The translations under genes were made by a program, and so were the position numbers. The notes beneath the pieces are model-generated. The model did not search any database, was not told the DNA's origin, and saw nothing but the letters and a program-made list of their open reading frames with translations. From Lobosporangium transversale (lineage: Eukaryota), in contig NW_019029005.1 of the NCBI RefSeq assembly GCF_002105155.1, positions 124,001-188,000 on the forward strand: a stretch of 64,000 bases of DNA, in the 5' to 3' direction. Of the stretch, positions 1-14,116 are shown piece after piece. Numbering within the stretch: position 1 is the first letter of the stretch; each line of letters opens with the position of its first letter.

Positions 1-1657
1 TGCTTGCCAGGACCCATGCCAAAGTGCTTGACGGCCTCACGGGTGTTCTTCTTGCCACGGAGCAAGACGGTGTTAGCACCAGTGGGGGCACGGAGGGCGA
101 GCTGATCGAGGGTGATGACCTCACCACCAGCCTTCAAGACACGAGCCTTGGCCGACTTGGTGATGCGCAAGCAGGCGATCGACAACTTGGGGACCTCCAA
201 CAGACGGATGTCATCAGTCACGGAGCCAACGACGACAGCAGTCTTGCCTCCCTTTCCTGCCATGTTACGAGCAATGCGGGAGATGGACATGGGGGACGGT
301 TGACGCGCGACATAAAGAGACGCTTCAAGACGACCTTGTTGAAGGCAGAGTCCGTACGGCGGGCAAGGAATCTGTAGAGCTATTATCGAGTTTGCAGCGA
401 AGAAAAAAAAGCATGTCAGAGGAAATTTCATGTAGTTACGACTCCACTGTTTTAAAAACAGTGTGAAAATTTTTGCGATGCCGCTGAATAACATCAATGT
501 ATTAAAGAAATACTGGTTGTTTCCTTGACGAGTATCTTTAAGTTGGCTGTTGAGTGTTAAATACTGGGACTGATAGGGTTGTTTTACTAATATTTATAAA
601 AAGGGTTTGCACTGCATGAAAGCTAATCCTGAAACATTGTTCTGTAATAAGATTGAGGATGCTGAACTCTCCTGAATCAGTAATTTACAGTCGAAGTTTA
701 ATTCCTCTGTCTGGATGATGTCGCTTTGGTATGCCTTAAAACTTTTTTTTTTTTTTTTTTTTTGATTGGGCGAACATCTTCGAAAAAGGATATGATCGTT
801 GCCTTATATCTCTGCGCTCCAGAATCATAACAAATGTGACGTGTAGAGGTCGTTTGATATATGATAGTCTCTCCAGCTCGAGAAACTCAAAAAAAAAAAA
901 AAAAAGCTGCTTCATACCTTGACGAGCAACAACAAGTAAACGTCTCCAGACTTGGGAGCCTGGCGGTTCTTGTTGCGAACTGGTGCTTCTTAATGTCAAT
1001 ACCCTATCAATTATAATCAATTGGATAAACATAAAAAAAGAGAGAGTATCCTGATTAGCCTTTCAAGATCATAGCCCATCACTATTTATTGAAGTTGTTC
1101 CCAAGATTATCCCTGGCGAATGGGTAGATCTGCATAGCTTCTTCCTGGATTTTTAAAAAATCGTGTCGATTGATGTAGTCCTTTGATTCTTTTTATGTTG
1201 TTGTATGTACAAGGTGTTTTATCTTGTTTTATTGATTCAGCACTGCTGCATTGGCAATCAAAGTAAGCCAAGTTTGGTCAAAATCTTTGAATAGTAATCC
1301 AGACAAACTGAAGGAAGATACTCTAGTGTTGATCCCTCATCTGAACAGATCTTTGTTGCAGGGCTCATTTTTCTGCAAAAGCTTGCATTCCATTGTAACG
1401 TCTATAATGCCCTTCTAAGCATTTGATGGAAGGTAAATAAAAAAAGAGAATGGGATCATGCAAGATGTCGACGGAAGTTGCAAAATCAAAGTTCCAGAAC
1501 ATGTCTCTGAAAAAAGACTAGGCAAAAAGCCATCTCGAGTCGTTTTATTGAGATATGTGATCGATGGTTGGCAAATATTGCTGGATGTGCCTATGGATGT
1601 AATTATTTGCCATTGATAGAGCTCTCTATAATGAATGGATGGGTGACTGCTAACCAT
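1..1657 (-). CDS. RPL18: 60S ribosomal protein L18 (eL18), 3' end beyond window start; exons ATG 1657-1655, ~1003-918, 379-<1
   Basis: Minus-strand translation [27 protein letters not shown] | [83 protein letters not shown]; donors GTTAGC (1654) and GTATGA (917), AG acceptors at ~1004 and 380; single-base indels present. Confidence 0.95.
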
Positions 1658-1983
1658 TTTGAAGTTGAACTGGTTCAGAGAAGGAATCAAATGCACTGCA
1701 CTTTGTGCTCAATAATAAATTCGTCTCCTTCAGTGACACCCTTAAGTCACTCCAATCCATTTCTAATGACACAAATTTTATTCTGTAATGTATTTTATAT
1801 TTATATTTTTTGCCTTTGACGATAAATCAGGATATCCTCGTTAACAGATCAGCAACAGCAACCATCTGATCTTGTGACATTCATGATAAATGCCAGTTGT
1901 TCAAAAATTACTATTGTGTGGCCGCGGGTCATGGGCTTTTAAATTCTCTATTTCGGATCAAAATTGACGCGATCACGAAGATA

Positions 1984-4010
1984 TTCTAGTAGATGATAAA
2001 GCAAAAAGCCAAAGTATTAGCAAAAGCAAACATTTAAAATGGATTTCAATATAAAAGTCAGTGTTAACTGTAGTATACATACAGGCAGTAGCCTCAATCT
2101 CGGTAACCTTCACAGGAGTAGCCTCGGTCTCGGTATTGTCAGACGAGGTCAACTTAGCAATACGCTCCTCTGCCTTGCGCTTATTCTCCTCAGTTGCCTT
2201 TGCTTGGTTGGCCTTGAAGTATTCTTTCTTCTCAGTCAAAGCATCCAAGGTCTTTCCAAGGTCAGCTGGCGAGGTAGGAACAACGACTTTTAATTCAAAC
2301 TATTGAATATTGAAAATGACGGTGCAGTGTTAGAAAAGGACCATTCTGAGAAGCCAAACCAGAAAAATAATATGTAATTATAGGTAGCATATAGAATTAA
2401 TACCAATTGTTCAAGAATAGCGAGAGGAAGCTTGAAAAGTTGCCACTCTCGGTTTTCTTCTCCTTAGGACCCTTGTTCTTCTTTGATTTTCCAACAAAGA
2501 ATACTTCCTCTTCCTTGTCAGCCTTTTTCTTGAGCATCACACCGCTAGGAACATTAGTGGTAGTATCGGCCTGGCGAATATTGAGAGTGCTAGCCTCAGA
2601 GGGAGCAGCAACAGCCGCTTCAGCAATGCGTTTCTCGTCATTGCTGAACTGGAGCAAGTATCTGTAGACACTGTCGCAAAGAGTAATTTCATTAGTGTAA
2701 GCAGGAATCTCTGCAAGCTCGCGTTCCTCCTTGGCAATGGCAAGGCGCTCTCCTCTTGCTCTTGTTGTTTCTTGGCCTGGTACTCTTCACGCTTGCGAAC
2801 CTGCTCCTCTTGCTGGAACTTCTGATACTCGCGGAGAGCAGCAAAGTACTCATCATTCACAGTCTTCTTGCGTTGGTACTCAGCGTCAAGCTCCTTCTGT
2901 AGACGGGTGCGTTCATCAAATAGATCGTTGCGCTTTTTCATGCCTTCTTCCTTGACTTTATTGATTTCATCCAATTCAGCCTGGATCTTGTCGATTGCAT
3001 CAAAGCTTTTGAAGTCTGATAATCAATTGTTCCCTTAAGCTCAGCGATTCAGCCTTATCAGCATCAATAGCTGCCTGCTGCACTTGAACAGCCTCAACAG
3101 TTTTCTTGGTCTTCTTTAAACTCGAGATCTCGGATAAGACACGCTTCTCTCGACCAACTTGAGTGATCCAGATTCGACTTGTTTTTCAAGCTTACTGTTA
3201 ATTCGACAGTCAAAACAGTTTGTTGTTAGAGAATTTAGGACGTCAGAACAAATATTAAGGTAGAAACGAACACTAGGCTCCAGAGCTTGAACTCACATAA
3301 TCTGAGCATCAACAGCTTCCTGGGTCTTAAAAGGGAGCTTGTCCTGAGTGACTTTCAAGTCTGCGATCTAGAAATAGACCTCAATAGGGTTTAGTAAAAT
3401 TTATCACCTTCCGACTAATGCGTATCCGCTACTGTGGATCAGATCCGGGAACGCGGACCCTCTTCAATTTGAATAGAGCTGTAAAAATGAAACTCACCTT
3501 CTTCTTCAAAGAGTTCTCCAAGGCAGTGAGCTGATCGAGCTTGGCTTGTTTATCCTTCTGTTTCTGGCCTGCTGAGCACGGAGCTCGTTCAGACGTTTGC
3601 GAAGAGGAGTTCTAGGATCAGAATCAGACTTGTCATTCAATCCGGCAATGGCATCACGGACAGCATTCTAAGAAATCACGAAGTACCAAAAGAAGTATGA
3701 GAAAAGATGTTAGAGATGAGATTCAGAATCAGCCATTCCCAAGTGTCAATGAGTATAATCTGGGTTTCTTTGCTTTAATACTCGCCCAAAGTGAATCTTA
3801 AACAGATAGTTCATTGCTCACTTTATTAGAATGGGTGGTCCATCAAGTTGCGGGATTGGCACTTACCAGACGAGGACGGATCTTTTCAATGTTGGCCTCA
3901 ATCTCTTTGATGGTTTCATTCTTTTCATCCTGGCTTGGCTTCTTGACAAAGTGACGGCTAGTCTTGTGAGTTGTTGCTGGCGCGGCAGGTGTGGAAGCAG
4001 TGACAGACAT
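1984..4010 (-). CDS. BFR1: Bfr1-like nuclear segregation / RNA-binding coiled-coil protein (multi-exon)
   Basis: N-term MSVTASTPAAPATTHKTSRHFVKKPSQDEKNETIKEIEANIEK, long charged coiled coils, C-term KEEEVFFVGKSKKNK..KLPLAILEQF..VVVPTSPADL..LTEKKEYFKANQAKATEENK resembling fungal Bfr1; several GT-AG introns. Confidence 0.7.
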
Positions 4011-4330
4011 TATGTGCAAATGGATTAAAAGATGAGAGAAAAGGGTTAGAGGGATGAAAGAGAGAGGAGAGAAATGATGAGAATGTTGGCATTTTACATA
4101 CCCGTATGGGGAGGAATTTTCCACTCGCCACGCTGTCCAATCAGCGTGAAGGACATGTTACAAGCGGTGCCTGATGCTCTCATTCATTTTTCAATTCGAT
4201 CTTCCTAAAATGTCAAATGCCACATGTGATATGGACGAAGAAGTACATTTCCAGTGAACAGCACGTTACTGAATACACGAATAGGGATCTATGACTACAT
4301 GAACTTGAGGGCTGCTGCTTCTAGTGCTCC

Positions 4331-4386
4331 TGCCAGTACCGGTTCCTAAGTATGTGCAAATGCCTGTGCTTACACCGGTACTGGCA
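4331..4386. repeat. Perfect 13-bp inverted repeat with partly paired interior (56-bp hairpin)
   Basis: TGCCAGTACCGGT (4331-4343) and ACCGGTACTGGCA (4374-4386); inner TAAGTAT/GTGCTTA also pairs with G-U. Confidence 0.75.
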
Positions 4387-5828
4387 TTGCCCCTTGTATG
4401 TTTTCTGCTATGTTACCTGCAGAGATACAGGCCAACACAAGAAATTCATCGTACCTCAAATCCTTCACTAATATTTCCAGGTTACTCATTGGCGCATCAC
4501 TATCCCCAATACACATACAAGAACTATCCTAAGAAACACTACATGTCCGATTGATTTCATGCAATATTATTTCAAACCGCACAAACAAACGCCAGTAGAG
4601 GCCATTAACAACACTGTCAAGGCAAAGACTCCGCGACGCCTTCAAAGTCCCCCCTAAAGCTTTGCGAGCCATGCGAAAGACTATAGAATACTTCATGCGG
4701 TCTATTATTCCCGCTTAAGGAGTCTTGTTATATCGATGAATAAGGATGTCAAAATTCATTTCTGTGCATCCCTGCGGACCAAGGACGGCCATTAAACAAC
4801 GGATTGGACGTCTATATTGTAAAAAAGAGGCGATATGTAAGCACCAAAGTTAGAGCATAGAAGGCAGAAAAGTTTTTTTGTGTATCTTGTGTATCTATTC
4901 AAGTGCTTATTCTGAAAAGGGTATTCTTTTCATCCTCAGATTCGTAGTTGTTCCAAGGCCTCTGCTATTCCGCTGAAAATCGTTGCAGGGAGTGATTTTT
5001 CACCAGCAAACCTTGCACCGTGGTGAAAAGTTTTTTGGTGTGATGCACTACCATTCAGGAAATTCTCACCATCGGCAGCTTCTGTTATTGTGAACCAGGA
5101 ATTTTGTATTAGGGTGCGCCACACCGCTAACTGTAACCACCAGTCCACCGTGCCAGTCAGGTTCACTGGTGAAAAAATCCTGAATTGAGTGCCACTAATA
5201 GACCGTACAAAAGATCAATATCGATTAGAGCCGCCAGAATCGATGTACTGCTGAAAATTCTGGGTTGTAGTGTATTACATTAAAAGAGGAAAAAAAAGCT
5301 TGCACCGTGATGCGATGTACATTATCCATTATAATAGTAACCCTTTGTATGCACCTATATCAAACCACGGATCAGTCGATATTTAGCCTTGCTCTGTCCT
5401 CGCTCAAGAGTACCATTGTGCTGCATCTCAAAAGTACACTTAAGGTAAATCGAACTAGGAAGAAAGTTGAAAGCGAAGAAGCCGCTGTCTAGGCATTTGG
5501 CTCCAAGGACAAACCATTAGGCTTTTAGAACTAGGCCATCCATTGTAGGCATGAAAAGATGGCACTCCTTGCCACGCCTTTATATAAAGTCTACAGGTTC
5601 GAGACGTTGTGGGCACGCTTTCCACCACCCAACCATATTAACCGTATTTGGGCCACCATTATTCGACAAAGATGGCAAGGTGACGTCGATTTCTCACTTT
5701 CGGGTGGTCTCGTTCCGTACAACTTAGAAACACAATTGGCTCCCTTTTCTCTTCTCTTCCATCTCTTCCTCATCTCTCTTTAAAATCCAAAGGTCCCTTC
5801 TCGCCGTGGATTGCCATCACCCACCACC

Positions 5829-8034
<2,206 letters not shown>

Positions 8035-8410
8035 AGACATTTTATTAAAGTACATTACTTTTTTAAAAAAAAAAAAAAGGACAACTGGTTACACTTTCAC
8101 TCTACTCTCCTCTTGCCTCTCTCCATGCCTTTTCTTTGATTGATCAATTAAACCAAATTATTTTTACTATGCTGGTTTCTCAGTTCGTATGAAAAATCGA
8201 TGGAATGCTTGCGATAAGATCTTGCTGTATGGTTTTTCTTATAAAAAAAAAGTAAAACTGGCCCTAAGCCATCAGCCATTCTATTTCACTTAACCATTCA
8301 CTCTCATGAGCTTCACCAAAAGGAGAAACAACAATAGTCCGAGGACTCCTTTGAGGATAATTCTTCTAACACCTGTGGAAGATTTTTATTATTTTATGTA
8401 GACACAAAAC

Positions 8411-11400
8411 TTAGTCGCTTGAAAAATTGATTTTATGGGTTGGAAGTGTAGCAGTGGCACCAATTTCGTTTGCTTTTCCCTCATACTCTCTGTTCACTAC
8501 CTCTGTCCGATTTGGTTCGAGTACAATGGCTGTCGTTACTGATGGTATTTCTGCCTTTGCCGATTTCTTAAGCAACACCCATCTCTTAATCTTGTTATGC
8601 CATCGACTTCTTTGACCATCAATACCCTCACTTTCCTCCTTCTCGTCCATTATTGGGGAAGGACGGGTTTGATGTTTCTGGGGCTTCACGCGGTTTTTGA
8701 AGAAATGTCTTTTCGACTTTTGTTTCTGCGTCTGCATTTGCTGCTGGTCATCCGGAGCTGTTGTTGTTTTTTGTTTTCGTTTCTCTTGTCTTTTAAAGTG
8801 AGACTGAAGTCCTTTCTGTTGCTTTTTCATGGCTGCAACTGGGACAACATGGATTTTCTAGCCTCCCGGTCAGCTGCAGAGGCGACATCATGGTCCACTC
8901 CACCAGCAATCTTCTGGGACCTTATCCAGAGCCTTGCGAAAGAGATTGGCCCAAAAGTTTCCAGTAAAGGCTCCAGCAAAATATGAATGATCTCTAGTTT
9001 AGTTTCACACGGACTTTTTGTGCGTCGTGATGAAGTTTTGCTGTTGCTCCTGCTAGGCCGCCCATATCAGGGTTACTGCCATTACCTAGGGAACCGCTTG
9101 CCTGAGGTCTTATCTCCGTGGCTACAGAGGATGAAAAACAGCGATTGAGGCCTCTGGTGCCCTTCTCCTTTCTGGTTCATAAACTGGCATGATGACAACG
9201 TGTTTGAGAATTTGATGGTAATGCCGAAAAGTAGGCGACGACTCCATCAAAAACAGGAACGAAACGAGTTGAATTGCGGTGTGAAGGTGATTGTCAATTT
9301 ATTGCTTGGGCGAGAGCTGCAGTGGGTCCTTGCGTCAAAACTGTCATTCCAAGTTTTTTGAATTGAAACCCTAACCATCGTCGAAAGAGGAGTCTAGACA
9401 TAACATCTCTTCCCTCTGAATTCTCGCCTTCGCTTCGTTTTGGTTTACAGTCTGGAGCCGCTTTCATGCTTTCGCCTATAAGAAGCCTGTACAACGCGTA
9501 TAACCCTCGATCGCACGCGATCATAAGTGCTTGCATTATATGAGCAATTTTGATATCTGCAAATGATTCAATCAGCCAATGAACTAGATAAGGTCATTTC
9601 GAGTGGTAGCCGCCATCAGGCGATGACTGCATTCTTGTTCTTACGCTGCATCATCACACTTGGCAAGTGCCACAGGCCTGAGGACGAGAGCATAGTCATT
9701 GCGGGTGGAAGTTTCGGTGTTGCGCAACTTTCTCTGGTGGTTTTTGCTTAGTTATGGTTTGGCTCCTAATTTCATCGTGGCAATGCTTTTGGTTCTGTTT
9801 TCCTTCTTGCTGATGCAGTTGCTTGGGAGGTTTGGCAGAAATGATGACAGCTTGTTCGCAGGGATATGTTCGTATTGAGGGAATAACAGGGCCCTGCACA
9901 GGAGGAGGCGACAGAATGAATGTGGATAAGACGACAGTTGTAGTTATGGATGATGCGATACCAATATTAGAGCAATTGATGCCGGACATCCCGTGTGATC
10001 CAGGCCTCGAGGCCCCAATATTGGAACTAACTTCAATCCCTCCTCTCGTATTATTGCTATTGCCCATCATTTGTATGGTATTACTATTGCCGACGATGGT
10101 CTACTTAGGTGTAACTGGCTGCTGTCGCTTCGGTGTCGACGGTGACCACGGTGGCGCGGGGCTGTTCTCCCAAGTTCCATCAATCGTAGCAGCCCTAGCC
10201 CTTCTTATACCTCTTTGAATATCATTGCCCGTGGCTATATAGCTGTTCTTAAAGCTGTTCACTTTGGGTTTGCTTATCTGTACAGAGGCCATTGCTGTGC
10301 ATGGTCCCATTTCATAACGTTGCATGGTGAACATGCTCACTTGTCGTTGTCACTAGGATCAATATCCGCCTCCATTCACCATTTTCCATTAGTAGAATCT
10401 CAAGGCCGCGTTTCCATCCGACAGACGCTGCCACCTGCACAGCTCCTGATAGCGCGTCCTGAGCAATGAGTAAGCGGTGATCAAGCAATACTTTGAGTAG
10501 CAGCTCCTTTTGTTGGAAACATGTCTGGTATAGACAAATCCCACCGTCATCAAATCTATGTATTCTGATCTTAAGCACTCGCGTACGCGGTGTTCAGTAT
10601 TTCATCAAGCGCTCTCTGATATATTGGACTACAGCTGCCGCTTGCCTGATGGGCTGACCGACATCAAGGCCCAAATAATTAATAGCGCTCGTTATTTGCT
10701 CAATTGATTCGCCGAGCTGTATAGGTGCCAAAACGAATTGCGAACGATCAGAAGGCGGTTGGGCTGAAGACGACGTCTTGCCAAACATGTAGGTGCCTCA
10801 GCAATGGCAGTTGATGTGAGGGTTGCGGATATTGGTTGTTCCTGCATCCACTTCTTGTTCCTGTTGCTCGCTGCTGCTGCCTGCGCTCTTTGCTACCTAT
10901 TATGGTGTTGCTACCGCTGCCAAGATGGTGGATTTGGGGATAGTAAAACTGAAGCGGAGCTAGACCTACGCGCTTGCTTGCTTGATCTTGGAAAAAGAAA
11001 GTTTTCAACTACCCGAGCATAGTACTTTCGGTCAGCGGCATCGTACTGAGGCTCATGCCTCGCCCTATCTAACATCTTCAAGCCTTTTGCCTTCGAGCCT
11101 TGCTCACCTCCTACCCTCCTGCTGACACCTTCAAGCTTTCCACGCTAGAACATACAGAACTCGATTAATTGTCGATTCATTCTCTCTTGCTCTCGGAACT
11201 GTAGTGCCAGAGGTGGTGATCGTCTGATGTCGAGATCGCAGATGCTAAAGAACCGGAAACCCATTTTCAACAGGGCCTTGACGATATGCTCAGGTGCTTG
11301 GACTTGGATAGCAATCCCACAATACCTGGGCCAGGACGCGAGCTTGATGAGTACTGCTTCCAATGCTACCGAACGCCAGATTTGAATCCTGGTGTTAAAT

Positions 11401-14116
11401 GGTTCAGCGTCAGGTTCTTCAAATCCACCATTTTCATAGTCCATCGGGTCTACTATTCTATTCATTTCAGCATGGCTGCGCCCATCACCCACAGAAACAA
11501 CATAGTCTGTATCGATAGCTGGCTGCCAATGGCCCTCTGAACCAAATAGAGCGTCAGTTTCGATGGCGGAGGTACTCCGAAGGCCCTCTTCTTCTGAATG
11601 GCTATTAAAGGTTCTCCAGAGCCAGCTTCATAGTTGCCTGCATTTTCCACGGAGCTCGAGTGGCTGCTGCTATTGCCCCCGAACCCACGGAAGCCTCCCC
11701 GCGGAAGCATGTAGCTGTTAGTAAACCTGGTTCCACTTCCTGTAAATAACGTCCGACTAGCATTGTGTAACGTTGATGAGACATTATACGATGCCTGGCC
11801 AATACCCTGGCCATTGAAGTAACTTAATCGAGTACCAATACCACATATCCCAGCTTCACGACAGATCAACTCGCGTGCTTGTTGACGTCGATGGTCTTGT
11901 TGAAAATTACTTAAAAGGTGTCCTGAACCAGCGCGAGAATGATGGCGTACTCTAAATGCAGGTCCTTGTCCTTAGTCTCAAGATGTGAACTCTTGAAAGG
12001 ACATAAATCTAAAACTACGCTGAGGTCATCGAATTCTTGGCGCTGCAGGTAATATTTAATCAACTTTAACCACTCACGAGGCCCAATTCTTTCCATCAGC
12101 AGATCCATCACACAAATACTGCCTTTGCCATCTCCTAAGTATTCCCTGGAGTCCAGACTTTTCTGTGAAGCTGGATTTGGCTGACTATTAGATGATGATG
12201 ATGGCCCTCTTTGGTCGTACCGCTGCTTTCGTAAAAATTGCTGTCGCCGCTCCTGAGCCCTCTTCAGAGAGCCTGGTGATCGCGAGTAAGCAGCACCTAG
12301 TACTGCTTGTCCCAAGGCCTGGGCTGTAAGCATACAATCATACTTCAATATCTCGCTTACAATCGGAACAGCTCTGCTCTCCTCCAGCGCTTCTGCCTCC
12401 TCAGATCCATATCCATCTCGACGGAAGCAGATAGCTAGAAGAGCGCTTGTTAGGGCTCGGCCATCAACCCATGGCATATGCAGCTTCGACTCAGAGCGCC
12501 CTTGGTCTGATAGAGGGCTGTATTGCTCCAAGCTGCTATCGCTATCGACTCTTTGTCTGGATTGAAATATAGCTGAGCGGTAGGTGGGACCATAGGCTGT
12601 TGATAGACCAGAAGCTTCTGGGGGCATGGGCATAATTACTGGAACATTCTGTTCTATCGGTGCCGATGCAATGTCCTCAGCTATCACAGTCCGACTTCGT
12701 GAGTGAAGGGAAGAAGCTTGTTGCGAGACTGATGGTCCGGCGCCAACACCAGCAGCAAACATCATATCATCTTCTCCCAAGCGATGCGCGGCGGGCTCTA
12801 CACTCATGGAATCATGTCGGTGGTCATGGTGAATCCAACCTTCATCATAACATGAGTGCCTTTGCTTCCCTTTATCGACTTTTGATGCTGCGCTATGCTC
12901 ACGATCGGACTGCGCGCTCTTTAAGACATCCAAGGACGGTCGAGGGCTAATAAGTGTTGCGTCTAACACTTTAAACACTGCATCCAGGTCAGCTCTTGAG
13001 CATGACTCCATGAGTTCCTGATTACTGACCCGCATACACCCCCAGATACAATTTAGCTCCTCCAATGATTTCTTTTGAAGTAAAAATTCCGATCTGACCT
13101 TTTACGATCCTCGCTCGGACACCGAAGCTGATCTTTACTTTTATAATGAATGTTGTTATCCACGATCGTAGCCTCATGGTCAGGTACAGTTGTTATTGTC
13201 TCAACGGGCAAGAATGGAATCATTGAGAAATATTCTGGTAGATCGCGTGGACGGAAGCCGCGATGCAACAGATGATCTACAAAAGGTGTGTATCCAAATT
13301 CGATTGCGAGGCGGACAAGATCTGGCGGGTCGCCTGTTGTAAAGATGGGATAGTCTAGTAAATCTCGGCGTCTTCTTTTTGTCCTTTTAAAGACGGCTTC
13401 AGCATAATACTGGTGAATTGATGGTTGATTGTCAGCAGTAATTCTAGCGCCAGTGCGCTGTGGCCTTTGTCGGACTTGATGATGTGGGACATCGATGATA
13501 TGATGGCGAAATGAGTAGCTGGATCTCATGAGACGGGGTTGGAACTCTGGATGCGTCAGTATCCTAGTTAATCGAGCAATGATGTCATTCAGTTGACGAT
13601 CCTTGTACAAAGAATGGATATCTGGTTGTGATTGTGGTGGTAGAGAGGAGGAACGGTCGGATAAGGGCGGTTGAATTCGACTACGTCGTGGCCTAATCTG
13701 AAACAGGTGTGAAGCTTGTAGAATCTGCAAGGGGAAATAAAAAGGGGTAAAACGGAACAAGGAGTGTCAGCAACCAGACAAAAAGATACTAAAATAACTC
13801 TATGCAATGCACAGCGCACCTGCATTTTTGTTACTGATTATTGGTCGATCTACGCTTAGTTTTCGAGTATGACATTATATTCTTACCAATGTTGCGTGTG
13901 GTAAAGGGATTGAGTGGTAAAATGTGGATGCGGTTGTGCGCCATTGCATAATGTCATTCAATGATGGAATCGTGGTGAAGCAATATACAGTAAGATGTCA
14001 ACAGGCAAACGCATGATGGGACTAGAAGATGTCTCGCTGCCGATGTTGCTGTTGTAGTTGATGCTGTTGCTGCTGCTGCTGCTGTTGCTGTTGCTGCTCC
14101 TGATAGTGAGACTCAT
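8411..14116 (-). CDS. Large hypothetical protein with N-terminal F-box-like motif and dispersed ankyrin-like helices (probably one gene split by indels)
   Basis: Start MSLTIRSS..SSPIMRLPVDILLYIASP (F-box-like LPxxILxxI); intron 13886-13725; chained same-strand ORFs (13053-13760, 11911-13065, 11462-11869, 11145-11492, 10594-10788, 10312-10578, 9294-9536, 8411-8830) with ankyrin-like pieces LVRLAIEFGYTPFVDHLLHRG, AVQVAASVGWKRGLEILL, QALMIACDRGLYAL. Confidence 0.5.

Noticed and set aside
24..377. 117-aa plus-strand ORF
   Set aside because: Antisense shadow of RPL18.
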